Shown in pieces: positions 1 to 16,290 of a DNA stretch of 64,000 nt; the stretch's first letter is position 1, and each line of letters starts with the position of its first letter. Below the pieces are notes generated by a model. The model did not search any database. It had not been told where the DNA came from and was given only the letters and a program-made list of their open reading frames with translations. Location of the stretch: NCBI GenBank assembly GCA_046563655.1, contig CM102285.1:4650001-4714000 (forward strand), written 5' to 3'. The stretch comes from Yuukianura sp. NJ FZ-2021 (lineage: Eukaryota). Made by a program: the position numbers and the translations under genes.

Positions 1-300
1 GTGACTGCAATTTCGTCATTTGTCGCCGTTCTAGTGATTTCTTTCATGGTATTCGTGGTCTTATATGCGAAGCACACAAATAGGAAAGAAAGAAAACAAA
101 ACTCAATTGTAATTGAGCAAGAAGAGGCCATCATGGACGCTAGACGGAGGAAACACCTCTATGCCAACAGAGACAGCGTCAGGAGAGATGTGATAGTGGT
201 CGTCACTGATAATTGCGAAGCATCTTTTCCTGTAGACACAGGAGGTGACGCTTTAGTTCGATCTAATGGAGACGACGGAATGTCGAACTCCGCAGTTTAA
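1..300 (+). CDS. 3' end of an unidentified single-pass membrane protein gene (runs off the window start)
   Basis: Hydrophobic stretch ISSFVAVLVISFMVFVVLYA followed by basic stop-transfer KHTNRKERK and a cytoplasmic-type tail; stop TAA at 298-300. Confidence 0.5.
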   Translation: MTAISSFVAVLVISFMVFVVLYAKHTNRKERKQNSIVIEQEEAIMDARRRKHLYANRDSVRRDVIVVVTDNCEASFPVDTGGDALVRSNGDDGMSNSAV

Positions 301-766
301 GTGAAATCTCTGAACGGCAAACAAAAACGCCGCAGTCACTTCGTAGCCTTTACTGTCGAATCAGTGGCCAGAATCGAAGGAAAAAAGTGAATCTTAGACC
401 GTACGGTACATGGAAGACTTCATCGGAGACCAATATTACGTACGCTTCTGTGGAATCTCGAACTTGAAATAGAAAACAAAAATAACACGAGCGTAGGGTT
501 TAATCTTATACTTCCGCAAGCAACGTTTGCTGTCCTGCTATTACAAGTTCCGTACGTAGCTGAAAACTAAATACATTTTTATGATTTAAAAGACTAGTCG
601 CTAAATGTTAGATAATTAATCAAGAAAAGAAAGAAGAAGCTGAATGCCGAAACAACTAAGTTTAGAAGTTGTATCGCGGTTCAAAAAATATTGGTTGAAA
701 ATGATTAATGATACTTGCGTGATTCGGTGAGTTATTTTAAAGAATTCTAACGTTGTCTTCTTGTTC

Positions 767-2064
767 TTATTCTTGTCGTATTTCAACAACAATTGATTTG
801 GCAGCCAAGTCATACATAGTCCGTTGATGTTCAAATTGGAAGAGCGTGAAGCAGAAGGGGAAGAGAATTGCTAGACTCAAGTTCTTTATGCAGGAGCGAA
901 GGAGTGCCCTCTGGAACGGAAGAAAGGAGCCAGGAGAAACTAGAACTCGAGTTGCCGGAAGTCCACCGGCGTAAAACTGGATGTTGACGTTGTTATTTTG
1001 GTACATGTCGGCGGAGATGGGTATCACTTGGTTACTGCAGTCCAAGACTCTCAAACGCATGAATCCTTTTCCTGGAGTTGCACCGCCTTTGAACAAGCAG
1101 TACGTCTGTAAAGATTAAACAAAAAGTTAAGACGTCTAACAAAAGGAATTGGCAGATAATGGAACAGTGAGAGATGTTTTCAAATGTACCTCAAAAAAAC
1201 AAACAATAATACGGTGAGTAACTTCGAGTACGAACAATTCCCAAGAAATCGTCATTGCCAGTTCGATGAGGTCTCCAGATTCCTGTAAAGCTTCCAAATC
1301 CACGTTCTCGAGGTTTCTTGAAATTATAAACGGCAAATGAGTTATTACTAAGTTTGAACCATTCAAATTCATTAAAAGATTAATTTCAAATAAGTTTTTA
1401 AAGTCATACATGAGTTCAAAATTCTCGATGATGGAAAACGTAACAAAGAGTTTGACCACCAGGAGGAGTAGAAAGTCAATACATTCTGCGACGACTCTTT
1501 TCCACAGGGGAGCGATATTAAAATCTATATCGAAAGTAAAACATAGTAAGTTTACAGAAACCACGACTAGCACATAGGGTTTTCAAGCAGTTGAAATAGA
1601 ATAATCTTACCAAATGCAATGTTGTTCTGATTTGTTCGGATTCCGCGAACCAAAAAACGTCTGTATTGTGGATTTTGCATATTGAGGTTTGGCTCGACCA
1701 CATTGTTGTTGTTCAAACCCCGGAAATTCAGATTGTAGAACTCGCGACCAGGAAGGTTTGCATTTTGGGGTACAGAGGATGAGGAAGACGTCTGCATTCC
1801 GCGATGCCAAGGATACATCATTCCAAGGGCAGTGTAGTAAGCCGAAACTGCGCATTCTCTCTGCCAATATGCTCTTCCTAGCCAGTTTTCAAGCTGCTTG
1901 CAGTATTCTGCCATGTTTCCGTTATATGGTTTATATTCCATCACTGGATATTGCGAAGGTGGGATGGTAGAGTCGCTGTCTGTAGCTTGACTGGAAGAGC
2001 TTGGATCATTTCCATTGGAAGCAGCCGCTGGTTGTTGTGAATGATTATCCGCGTTGTCGTCCAT
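767..2064 (-). CDS. FAM8A1: FAM8A1-like RDD-domain membrane protein, 4 exons (2064-1611, 1524-1410, 1316-1190, 1105-767)
   Basis: Motifs EYCKQLENWL, IAPLWKRVVAECIDF, GGATPGKGFM, RALLRSCIKNLSLAILFPFCF and RTMYDLAAKSIVVE; GT-AG introns join in frame. Confidence 0.9.
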
Positions 2065-3177
2065 TATTGAGACAAGTAACCAGAAATCAAACGCGCCTTC
2101 TTTTCTTTCCAAGTACTAAATAACCTGTAAATTACAAACGTTGTTAATTGTTGTAAATTCTTCGCCCTATGCGTATGTTTACAATTTTTACACCTATTCC
2201 TTTTTCCTTTTCAAACAGTGGAAAGAGAATCCGAATGAAGTCTAGGGAACCTAGGTGAGGTTGTCAACGATTGTACGAAAAAAAGGAATCAATGGTAGAT
2301 AAAATGTTTAACTTTAAGCTTCATCAAACAATCAAATATTGAGAGTTATTGGAACCAACAGATTAGAAATCCAAACGAAACCTTACTCCAAGTCCAAATG
2401 ATAGTGCGATATTCGGGCAATATAAAAATATTTCTTACCACCGTTTCACACGAACCCCCCGTTCGGATTTTCGCAAATATCAAAACAGTACGAATATTTA
2501 TTGCCCCGCTTATTTAACTCACCGATCGATGCTCCGATGCTCGTGGAAATCAAATCACACGTGTACGACGTGTAAAATGCAGAATTGTAGCACCACAGGC
2601 GGACTGGAATCTGCAAATTATTTAGGCCGTGAAATCAATCAACGGAAGGTAGCCAGTGAAGTACAGTACAGGAGAGGGAAGACCAAGAAATAAAACAACA
2701 GCTGTGTGATCAATCATTAACCTAAATTCTATTCTAAACTAAATAGTAAGAAGATTTAAATTCAGATTTTTCAATTTAAGTAGGATTTCAAACTGTAGGG
2801 TTGGCGCCTCTTATTTAGAATTAGTCGGTTGAAGTACGGGTCAACAATTACGACTCTATTCACCATGAAAGTGTAGCAGGCAGACGCTGTGTAACGCCTT
2901 GCCTTACATTGCTAACCTAACCTACCCCACCAAGATAAATATATATGGGGAAAATATTTCCTTATTTCCTTAAAACAGGCGAAATGTTTAAGTATTAAAT
3001 ATTTTTAATCCAAAACCTCGAAATATTTACTTAATTAACATTAATGGTATGCGGAAAATCAATAAATATTTAGCAATAAAAACACCCAAAATATTGATGT
3101 CGTTAACATTACGGGCATGGATGCATAGTTTTTCCAGGTACATATAATGATAACGTATGTAGCCACACCTTAATGTA

Positions 3178-3583
3178 CTGTTCAGATCAAATAAGAAACC
3201 GCAAAAACACCTGCACGTCGCTATGTGCTTTTTTCCCATAAGAAAAAAGAAGCTACTCACTCCTGCCTTCTTTCCCTGAGAAAAGAGGGAAGATTCTTTT
3301 TTGACAGCGAAAAAGAAGAGAATTAGAAATTGCGCGGCATGCAGGTGTTATCTCTAGAAACTATTTTTTTTGTGAGTTCTTCCTTTAGAAAAAAAATCAT
3401 TTATTGGCGGTAACACCTGCAAGTCGCGCAACTGGAAATTCTCTTCCTTTTCGCTGTCAAAAAAGAATCTTCCCTCTTTTCTCAGGGAAGGAAGGCAGGA
3501 GTGAGTAGCTTCTTTTTTCTTATGGGAAAAAAGCACATAGCGACGTGCAGGTGTTTTTGCGGTTTCTTATTTGATCTGAACAG
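3178..3583. mobile_element. Foldback MITE with about 170-bp inverted arms and TA flanks (Tc1/mariner-pogo type)
   Basis: 3178-~3350 is the reverse complement of ~3410-3583 (the same peptide appears in opposite-strand ORFs); ends TA|CTGTTCAG...CTGAACAG|TA. Confidence 0.75.
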
Positions 3584-3697
3584 TAACTTAAGGTGGCGGT
3601 TACACCTAACTGCATGGTGTATACACCAGTTGTACCTGCGCCCTGCTGCAACACTCCAATCATCCAGTAAATCAGAATTCAACATTAAATATATGTA

Positions 3698-3841
3698 CCG
3701 TATAGTATTTTGCTAACGGGAATGAATAGGGTCCGACTATTCCCTAGACATGTGTTTTTCTCCTTTACCTCAATGAGAAAAAAGACGTGGCAGGGGAATA
3801 GTCAGACCCTACTCATTCCCGTTTAGCAAAATACTACACAG
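3698..3841. mobile_element. Small palindromic MITE with TA flanks
   Basis: TAGTATTTTGCTAACGGGAATGAATAGGGTC pairs imperfectly with GACCCTACTCATTCCCGTTTAGCAAAATACTA; TA on both sides. Confidence 0.65.
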
Positions 3842-4742
3842 TATATATCGGAATACAATGAGCAAAAAATATACGCCTGGCTAAACGTCGCATTTCGGAT
3901 TCCACGGAAATGTGCGATGGTGCGTACCGAGTTTAATAGGAAAGAAAGAGGCTTGGTTCTGAAAGAAAAAACGCTAACCAAATTGAAATATAATGTTATT
4001 GAAATATTACCGCAAATTCTCACTGACCGACTACTCTGGTGTAATTTTTAAGAATTCGAGGAGTCCGAAGTGTACAACGTACAATCCGAGGAACTTGATA
4101 CCACATCGCATACTCTGCACACATCGCACAACATCCGAGGAGTCCGATATCCGACGAATCTGGTCTTTAGCCGGACCAGAAATTTATTTGAATTTGCAAA
4201 GCGCCAAGATTGATGTGAGAATTCTGAATCTTTGCCGTGGTCGCGGTGCTTGAGAGTGCTGCTGCTGCTCCTTCTCCATCAATTCAATGGGTGAGGTTAC
4301 GTTTCTTTTCATCTTGTCTCCTCTCATCGCCATTTGGTAGTGTCTCCTCTGTCGTCTTCGTATCGTGGGACTGTTGTCGGTCGTCGGTGTCAATTTTCAT
4401 AAGTAGGGGTAACTTATAATTTGTAACTCATTGAACTTGAAGTTGGAGATAGTTAATCGGTGTGAAAGTGTAAGTTAGTAGTAAAAGGCTAGGTTACCTA
4501 ACCCAAAGAAACGTGTTGTTGACAATCTGCTCTTCTGCCCGTCGTAATCTGCTCGTCGTAAAGGAGCAGCAACAGCAATTAGTTTCCAGCAATAGTACAT
4601 AGGACTGTCAACCATCTTATAATCTTCATATTTTCCCTTATTCACAGCTGCCGGTAATGAAAAAATCTAGTGAGACGAATTTCATGATGAATTTGAATTG
4701 AAAGTGTAGTTTTGGTTTTTAATTGTTCAACAGGTTTTCGAG

Positions 4743-6984
4743 ATGTCTTTGAAGGATGCACTACTGGAGTGTATGGAAGGCACCCTATCTCCAGATGGAA
4801 CCCTTAGGAACGCTTCTGAAGAAAGACTGAAAGTGCTCGAAGTTACGGAACGCTTTGGAATCGACTTGGTTGAAGTGATTTTGGAACCTTCTTATCCCCC
4901 TCCTCTGCGACAGCTCGCCAGTGTCCTTCTTCGGCAGTACGTCGATATGCACTGGACTTCAGTTGCAGAAAAGTAAGTGATCATCAATCTATAACTTTTT
5001 AGCTACTAGAAAGAACTCGATCGAGTGCAGCGTACGTGGTGATGGTACTTCTCTATATTTAATTTACTGTGGGCTTTTTTTATGCGCTGCCTTAGAACAG
5101 CTGGAGCTGGAGCTGCGGAAAACATCCTAAGACCTCCGCCCTAAGAACGATTTATTATTAACCCATTTTATTTTCTAGGTTTTCTGTGCCGGAAGTAAGT
5201 GAGGAAGTAAAATGTGCTTTGAAATCCACGGTTCCACTCGCACTGACGGATCCAAACAGTAAAATCCGCAATTCGGTTGCTTCTGTGATTTCAAAAATTG
5301 CACATTGGGACTGGCCGGAGTGTTGGCCAAATTTGTTTCAAGTTCTGCTAGAAAATCTCAAGGATCCAAAGGTACGTTTATTTAGCATAAATATTTTTCT
5401 TGATGTTACATATTTATATTCAACTGCGTTATGTTCGCTTTGTGTTCATCAAGGGTGTGCAAGGGGCCATGAGAGTTCTTACGGAACTAATGAAAGAAGT
5501 TACTGATGCTCATATTGTACAAGTTGTGCCGATTATTTTGCCGGAAATGCTTCGAATCTTAGCTGACCCCCTAAATTACACTGTGGATACTCGCATGAGG
5601 GCGGTTGAAATTTTTCGGTAAGAAATCTACGAATTCAATCGATAAATTGCTTTTCGATTTTGACGATTTCCTTACTATCTAATGACAGCTTACAAGGTTA
5701 GTTCAGGGTTACGCGCTAGCTACCATAAATATCGAATGGGCAATGTGATTATCATGGAGCATCATTTGAAAGCCAATGAAATGTCTCTTTACTTTGTAGT
5801 ACTACGGTTCGTCTGATTACGACAGTGGCTGACGTTGACAAGACTGCTATAAACACATACTTGGGGCCGAGTTTGGAACCCTTTCTCCAGCAATTCGTCG
5901 TCTGCTTACAAGAGAAGAGCACAGAATATAAAGTTTACGGTCTTCAAAAGAGTATCGTTAAAGCCATCTCGTTCCTACTCCGTGAATGCCCCAAAAGGAT
6001 GGCTCCGTTTCTACAATTCATTTTGAAGCCCATTTGGGATATTCTCACTTCCAATATTGACGAATTTCGTCGCTACTATAATGGAGAAGCTGACGATCCG
6101 GACGTAGATTCCGACGGGGAGGAATGTGGGATTGAGGGAGCAGTTTTTTCCGTTTTTGGTCTTATCCAGATTATGCTGGAGAACCCGTCGATGAATGGAC
6201 TCGTCAAATCTGGACTTGTGGACTTGATTTACTACATCATATTCTACATGCAGGTTCCACAGGTAACGTAACCAAGCCAATGCAAATAGCTTTCTTAGTA
6301 TAAAGCCTTACCATTGTTAGAAATTGGGAATTGTTTAAAATTGACTATCATGATTAGGAGCGCGTCGAGACTTGGATTTCTTCACCATCTACATTTGCAG
6401 CGGACGAAGATGATGACAATGCGACTTACACACTCCGTGTTTGCGCTCAAGATCTACTTGTTCTTGCCTGCGATGAATTCCCTGAGTCGTATGCTGCGTT
6501 AGGGCAGGCCGTAGACAAACACCTCTCCGGGCCAACTGATTGGAGGCTTCAAGAAGCGTGTCTTTACGCCGTATGCTCGCTGGGCACGCGTATTGTGAAG
6601 CCTGTTGGTAAAGATGCTGAGGGTTCTCCCATTACGAACCAGGAGTATTTCAACATCCATGGATTTATTCAAGTAAGTTTACCCAAAATTCTGTCCGAGG
6701 CGACGTTTTGATTTTGCGTGGGATCTGAACTGTCTTTTTTATTCATTCAACAGAACATCGTGTTTCCTGGCCTGCAATCTCCTGACATTCTTTTAGCCGG
6801 AAGGTGCCTTGTGCTGGGAAGTAACTTTTGTACCGTTTTGACGCCGGATTTGACAAGACAGTTTGTCCAGGCTGCCGCCCAATGTATCATACAGCAGGAT
6901 CGAAATTTGATTTCCAAGATACTTGCTGCTAAAGCAATTAATACGTTTGTGGAGCAAGCCAAGGAGAACTTGACAGTGAAGATG
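4743..6984 (+). CDS. IPO9: Importin-9, N-terminal half, multi-exon, truncated by the assembly gap
   Basis: IBN_N-like start (RNASEERLKVLEV, LRQLASVLLRQYVDMHW), ISKIAHWDWPECWPNLF, GAMRVLTEL, VDSDGEECG and DLIYYIIFYMQ; canonical introns. Confidence 0.9.
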
Positions 6985-7093
6985 GTATGAACACTTAAAT
7001 AGCATTATATTACTCTTTACATCAAGACTGCCGTTTCCAGTGGAACTTATCGTGATGATGACGTAGTAATTAATATATGTTCATACTCTTTAT

Positions 7094-7193
7094 NNNNNNN
7101 NNNNNNNNNNNNNNNNNNNNNNNNNNNNNNNNNNNNNNNNNNNNNNNNNNNNNNNNNNNNNNNNNNNNNNNNNNNNNNNNNNNNNNNNNNNNN
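7094..7193. other. Assembly gap (100 N)
   Basis: Run of N; the IPO9 3' half and the DPP4 5' part are absent, so the real gap is probably larger than 100 bp. Confidence 0.98.
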
Positions 7194-7638
7194 TTTGCAA
7201 AATATGGAGTTTTGGACCTTCGTTCACGGTATGTTTTCTTAATTTAAAATCTTACAAGATATGAAAAATAGACAAAGAATCCAAATTCAACAAACGAGCC
7301 AATTTTCGGCAGTAAAAAAAAGCAGATTCACCTCCAAATTGTACCACGTAAAAAATACCGCTATGTTCCGTTTTGTTTCAGAACTTTTCAGAAAATTGTT
7401 AATCTATGCGTAGATTCAAAATGTAAATGATAATTCCTTGGATGAAAAACTAAAACTCCATTTTATGATACGGTTACTTTGAGTTGAACTTTGCCAACTG
7501 TATAAATGATTTGTACTTGAATACAGTATAGGATTACTACAATTTAATTCCCAATTCCAAGTGCCCCTACTGCTACTGTAGGCAATCTCCATTTTCTAAA
7601 GTAAAGTCTTTAAATTGTTTTTGTTTGTTCTTGCAGAC

Positions 7639-10521
<2,883 letters not shown>

Positions 10522-10908
10522 TATAAGCGATTAAAATGAGGGATAAAAATATTTCATAATTCATGCCTTTTCGTTTACTCGCGCCACTCAATCCAGATAA
10601 ACTACCTCATTCTCATCCCAAGCTGCGAATTATGCCAACAACGGTGCCTTGCGTTAAAATACTTTCGACGAAAAGCATGTCAAACTGTCGAATTTCTGGA
10701 TTCTCTCACTTTCCTGGATCACACAACAATAAATTTTATTTGTGTGACGATTGGAGATCACATCAGCCATAATGGAATAAATGGTTTGAATAACTTAACA
10801 ACTTCTGTGAAAACATTTGTATACGTAAAGCGAAGTACCTAAACGATTATGTAGTTAGTCGGAAGAAAACTTTGGCCTCGTACGAATATGAGAATGACTG
10901 ACCATGTA

Positions 10909-12051
10909 CTAAGCAGCAAAAACGGGTTCCTTCTCCGCGTTGTCCAAAGTGAGCTCGCCCAGACGATTGCCAAGAACTTCACTTTCGGTTTCGTCGCATT
11001 TTAGCTTCTTTGCAACAAACTCTGACGCGATTGTAGCTTGGGCAGTATTCAAAGTTTCAAGAGATGCTAATGCTTCTGCGTAGTTTCCATTGGAGCAGTA
11101 CCTATGGAAAGCATGAGAGAGAGTTTTGTAAACGTTCGGAATATATGCATAGTAATTAAAGTATTAAGTTAAGTTTAACTAAGTATTTTAGTATACAACA
11201 TTTAAACTTTTAACTATGTAATCCATTAACTATATAGGTACATATTTTGTTACCTCCCTCCCAGTGCCTTTAGTAGTAAGATATTAATAATTTTTATCAT
11301 TTGAAAAAAACTTACAATTCATGTGCAATTTGATACGAACAGATCTTCAAAAAATGGGCGGCGGCATCTTTCGATAACTCATCCACTTTCTTTGGCGTAA
11401 ATATCTTTGACAGAACAATTGCTTGCCGATAGTACTCCTTCTGAAGTGTTAAGGCTCGGATTGCTTGTTCTGGTTGATTAATCAGAAGGAAGTAGTTCAT
11501 AGCCCTCAACTTTTCTTCCTGAGTCAGTAACTGCCGGGCGTAAGTTTCCAGGACGCGGGTAAGAAGTCTACAGAATACACATAATCATAATCTAATAAGC
11601 CAACATATTCATTTGTGATTGAAAATGTTAAAAACCTTACTTCGGAAAATACGTCGATGCAACTCTGATCATTGACTCGTTGACTTTACCAAGGGAGATC
11701 CCCGTCATAATATCTGCTTCATTCATCATTCCCACACAGGCGGAATTCAGCAACTCGGAAACGTCGGCTCCATGGTTAGAGAAATCGTGATCTTGGGCTG
11801 TAAATGAAATGAAAGCATTCAAGAATGTATGAAATGTCCCGTCAAACAAATTAAATGCATAATGCTAATCCTATGATTTTTGTGTTTCTATTTTGTTCAG
11901 AAAATGTAAGTAAAACTTAGAAGCTTTACTTACATCCATGTTCTGTAAGCTTTCCGTTCTTCAGAATAAACAACCCAGCCATATAACGCTGTTCATGAGC
12001 GGAATAGTGTTCCCCGAAATCTCCAGCACCGCCTCCATTCCCTGAATATCC
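10909..12051 (-). CDS. Gemin5-like TPR/dimerization module, 4 visible exons (~12051-11934, 11787-11641, 11568-11316, 11101-10909); upstream exons not found
   Basis: Spliced translation ...GKVNESMIRVASTYFPKLLTRVLETYARQLLTQEEKLRAMNYFLLINQPEQAIRALTLQKEYYRQAIVLSKIF... resembles the Gemin5 segment [44 protein letters not shown] (from memory); splice phases are consistent. Confidence 0.65.
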
Positions 12052-12159
12052 TTTGAAAATTATAAATAAATACGAGTTTAAGTCTACGACGTGTCACAAC
12101 TTGCAGTTTTATTAGTATTATTATAAACGAAGAACTAAACCTCTCATCATTAAGTTAAC

Positions 12160-12662
12160 TCAAACGTAAGTCAAGTGTCTACCCAATTCGTTTGGAATAG
12201 GAATATGAAGGACTTGGGCAACTAAACTCAGCCAAGATATTAAGTAATTTAAAGAAGACTTGTGTTTGAGGTGGGACAATGATTTCATGATCTCCGATGT
12301 GTGACAAGGATGGAGGCAAAGGAAGGGGACACGGAGAACAGGGTGCTCCTGTTGAGAGAGTTCATATATGGATTTTTTAAAGTAAAGACCGACATCTTCC
12401 ACCGGAAGTAACTTGCCGGAGGAAGATGACATGTTGAAGTAAATTACGGGTACAGCGTAGCTAAAGCTGTACACTATATGGTAATCGCACTTTAAGATTG
12501 AGTTGTTGATCATTGTGTAGCGAGTGTGTGACAGAAATGATCCACCAGCAATTCCCGGTTGAGGGCATTCTAGTGTCCAAGAATCACCAAGAGCGTCTGG
12601 AACTTTTGAAAGGGCATCGATTGCAAGTACGAATTCATCCCATGACAATGAGCCGGAAAACT
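12160..12662 (-). CDS. ATG10: ATG10 (E2-like autophagy conjugating enzyme), main coding exon; first exon not resolved
   Basis: LSWDEF, DYHIVYSFSYAVPVIYFN, LSQQEHPVL, catalytic LHPCHT and NYLISWLS; acceptor ATTAACAG just upstream; AATAAA about 50 nt past the stop. Confidence 0.9.
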
Positions 12663-13136
12663 CTGTTAATTTAGTACATAGAAAGAGATTTTAGAAACTG
12701 CTTAACAAATCGCTCAGAATCGTCGTTCAACCTAATTAGGCATAGCATGAATGACTTTTGTTTTGACTATTCGGTCACTGAAACGTTTTGAAACTTAAAT
12801 TTTGGGAAAGGGACTGGAACACATCACATCCTTCATATTCTTACGCTTAAACCTTAACTTTCAAAAAACCTAGAGTACGTATTACCCGGACGGTACGCTT
12901 AAAATAGTGACACAGTGACCGACAGTGCATCGTCCATCTCATTCTAAACCTGAATTTTGACGTAATGTCGTATCCAATCCAAACCAACCATATCAAACAT
13001 TTCCAAAACAGTTATGCTTATGACCTTATTTATCTAAAAAATTCTCTTTATACCTTCAACTCCTAGAGCAGTATGTGATTGTTCCATTACAAATTCCAGC
13101 GCACTGTCAAATCACCAACCACGTCCTAGTCCTAGG

Positions 13137-13866
13137 TATGATTACTCCGTTTAACCAACATCTCTCGCGGTCCGCGACTCGCGGACTTTTTCTTTCTGTC
13201 CAGCCGTCGGCACTTTTTACACCTTCCGCTCAGCTCTTTCGCGGACATGATCCATTCAACTTTAACATACACAAAAACCGTTCTAAGTTTATTTTCATTA
13301 AATGTTACGTGAATTGATAAGAGCATAGGGTATGTTGCTCTAGTTTATACCTATTTTATAAGTCGGGAATGTCATGCTAAGTTAGAGTAGCAAAAACTGG
13401 TTTATAAAAAAAAAGCTTAGGTTTTTTTTGTACAAAAAAAATCAAACCCATTACAACTTTCCTTTCTAAATGCAAAGCAATTGACGCATTATTATAGAAG
13501 TGTGTAGCGGGTGAAGCATTTTAATAGACATATGTAGCTGTTGAAGCATACTAATTGAAATGCTTAATTACAACCAAATTCATGAAGAAACTTATAAACA
13601 TAAACGACAACAAAATCTACACTCATGGCACCATTTTTATTTCTTCTATTTTTGCAAAAGCTTCACATGGATTCACCTTGGTTTTCTTCAACTACAGCTA
13701 TTTCACGCAACACTTAATGAAAACAAACTTAGAACGGTTTTTGTGTAAGTTAAAGTTAAATGGATCATGTCCGCGAAAGAGCTGAGCGGAAGGTGTAAAA
13801 AGTGCCGACGGCTGGACAGAAAGAAAAAAAGTCCGCGAGAGATGTTGGTTAAACGGAGTAATCATA
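13137..13866. mobile_element. Non-autonomous TIR element (hAT-like) with long TIRs and an 8-bp TSD
   Basis: About 170-bp inverted arms starting TATGATTACTCCGTTTAACC; GTCCTAGG duplicated at 13129-13136 and 13867-13874. Confidence 0.85.
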
Positions 13867-14817
13867 GTCCTAGGTAACAGCGGTCGACGTCGACCGATTT
13901 CAATAAAAAATTAACAACAAAAATAAAAAAGAAACTGTCGTCTCTTTTGTGATATTATTGGTGAAGTACGCTTTAGCCTCACTCTTGGAACCACCGGTTA
14001 GCATTGTACTGTACGCCTCGCTTCCACAAGGAAAATCTAGCAAGCACAAATATGCCTTAAAAATTTACGTTCAGGGTTATCACGTGGTTCGGATTTTTGA
14101 GTTTGAAACTTTGGAGCAAGATAGGGTAATATGATACGTACGAATACAATTACTGATCACTAACCTTAAGTCAGCCTCTGTTGGACGGGCACGGGAGAGT
14201 CGCACTAAAGCAGGACTTCGAATCTGCAAATTCCTAGAATAAATTCCTCGCTCGTCGTATACAAATCGAACAATGACGTTCGTCGCGGTATTACAAAATA
14301 TAAAAATAAAACCTGGATCTACCTACATAGCTTAAGGACGTGTGGTATGCGTCTACTAAACAATAATCGTTAAATTTAGTAACCACGATAACCGAGCCTG
14401 TGCAGTTAGTAGAAGTTGCAGACATCGACAAAAAGAAACACCCTCGTGAGTGGTGAAAAAGCATCACTGCAAATACAGCGTGTCACACGTAAAACTGAAC
14501 ACCCTAAAATAATTTCCATGACAACCGCTTCAAAAGTTACAAAACATGGAGGGATAGTAGTTTCAATCTTTTAGAAAAATTCCAATAATAACTTTTCAAA
14601 CTTTTCAATAATTCAGAAATTGGCTCAGAAATCCCCTCATAGTTTAAAAAATAAATAAGTAGTTTACGCTGAAGGTGTTCGTTCAGTTTTACGTGTGACA
14701 CGCTGTATGATAAAGAAAAGTATGGACTTTCAAACAAACAAAATACTGACTCAACATTCAGTTGCCGTCGTTTGGGGTTTTGTCAACAACTTTACTGAGA
14801 ATGCGACATTGAATTTG

Positions 14818-15095
14818 AAAAATGGTTTTGCTCAGCGTAGGAATGCCGTACAGTGACCCACAATATCTCAAACTTTAGGAAAAGACTTGATCTAGTACTA
14901 TTACGTTTTAAAATTATGAAATTACAATTCTAACAATGAAAAAAATGGACACAAATATTCAACCGCTTTTCCTGCATAGTTACACTTGGAATTAAATAAG
15001 TTTGCAACGTAATAGTACTAGATCAGGTTTTTGCCTAAAGTTTGATATATTGTGGGTCACTGTACGACATTCCTACGCTGACCAAAACCATTTTT
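14818..15095. mobile_element. Foldback MITE with about 90-bp inverted arms
   Basis: AAAAATGGTTTTGCTCAGCGTAGGAATGCCGTACAGTGACCC pairs with GGGTCACTGTACGACATTCCTACGCTGACCAAAACCATTTTT. Confidence 0.7.
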
Positions 15096-16119
15096 GCGTG
15101 GCGGTGTTACAGCGGTATTTTGACCCCCCGTTTCCAGGGTATTCGTAAGCCTTAAAATCTAAAAGCCTATGTGACGGATTTATCCGGATTTTTTGAAAAA
15201 TCCGCAAAATTACCAAATCCGGATTGGTTAGGACCTAACCTAACTCTCACGGATTTGCGACCTATAGTGAAGATGTATCGACTTGACCTGAAGTCCTATG
15301 CTCCAGGTAACGTACGTGTAACACTATCCGTGTCCGGGATGAAAACGATTGACGAATCAACAGTCACTGGTTCTGAATCGCAATTAACGTCGCTCTCGCT
15401 AGTAAGTTGACAGTTGAACACAATTAGTTACCAAGTTGAGCACCTGTGTAATGTACGTGACGATTTAGTACGAAGAGCTTAGCAGGACCAATTAGTAATT
15501 CGGAAGGTTTTTGAAAACTGGAAATTGATTGTTAGTGAACCACTTTTAAAGAAAAATGTTTCGCAGGAACCTGACTGAAGACATTCAGTAGACCGTAGCT
15601 TGATCACGGATGATCACCTTCGCAATGTTCACTATAAATCTATGGAACACCAAATTGATGTTGACTGGAATTGTGGAATTTGTTCCAGCGTTTTTATTGA
15701 TTTTAACGCTGAACAACTTCTCGTAAGTATGATTTTAAAAATAAACGTTATAGTAAAGGTCAGTTGTCAATTTGATGATATTTTCGGTAATGCCTGTCAT
15801 TTATTAAATGACCTCTATAAAAAGCGTTCAACAGTTGAACTTCCACTGCATGAGTAGGCATTTGTTGTCCAATGGTTAGGTAACAACTAAACAACGATTA
15901 CACTTTCAAATTTTTATACTAATAAAAGTAAAATGAAACTTATGCGAAGTTCTAACTTCAATGGGCACTGAATCTAGTATTTAATAGTTTGTAATATAAT
16001 TAATTGCCTATGTTAATAAATAACTCACGACTGTTATTTTGTAGTGTTTTATTGGTTGTAAACTTGAATTTTAAAGCAATTGGTCTCCCTTAATGCTTTT
16101 TGTTCATTGAATCGCCGAA

Positions 16120-16290
16120 CCTACAGCGGATTTTAGCGAGCCAGCGATCCAAGCAGCTGTTTTTTTGGCTGGTTCGGCTCGGATCGCTGACTTTACTTTT
16201 TGGCTGGGCTCAGTTCGGATCGCGACAACAATTTGCTGGCTTGGCTCGGATCGGATCGCTGCAGTTTCTGTTGGCTCGGCGATCCAAGCA
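16120..16290. repeat. Degenerate short tandem repeats (GGCT/CGGATCG motifs)
   Basis: Recurrent ttggct..gctcggatcg units; probably a transposon subterminal region. Confidence 0.45.

Noticed and set aside
3027..3716. Duplicate short ORFs (MSSFFFLMGKKH...) on opposite strands
   Set aside because: Artefact of the MITE inverted repeat; the same applies to the paired ORFs in the LTRs and at 13075-13785.
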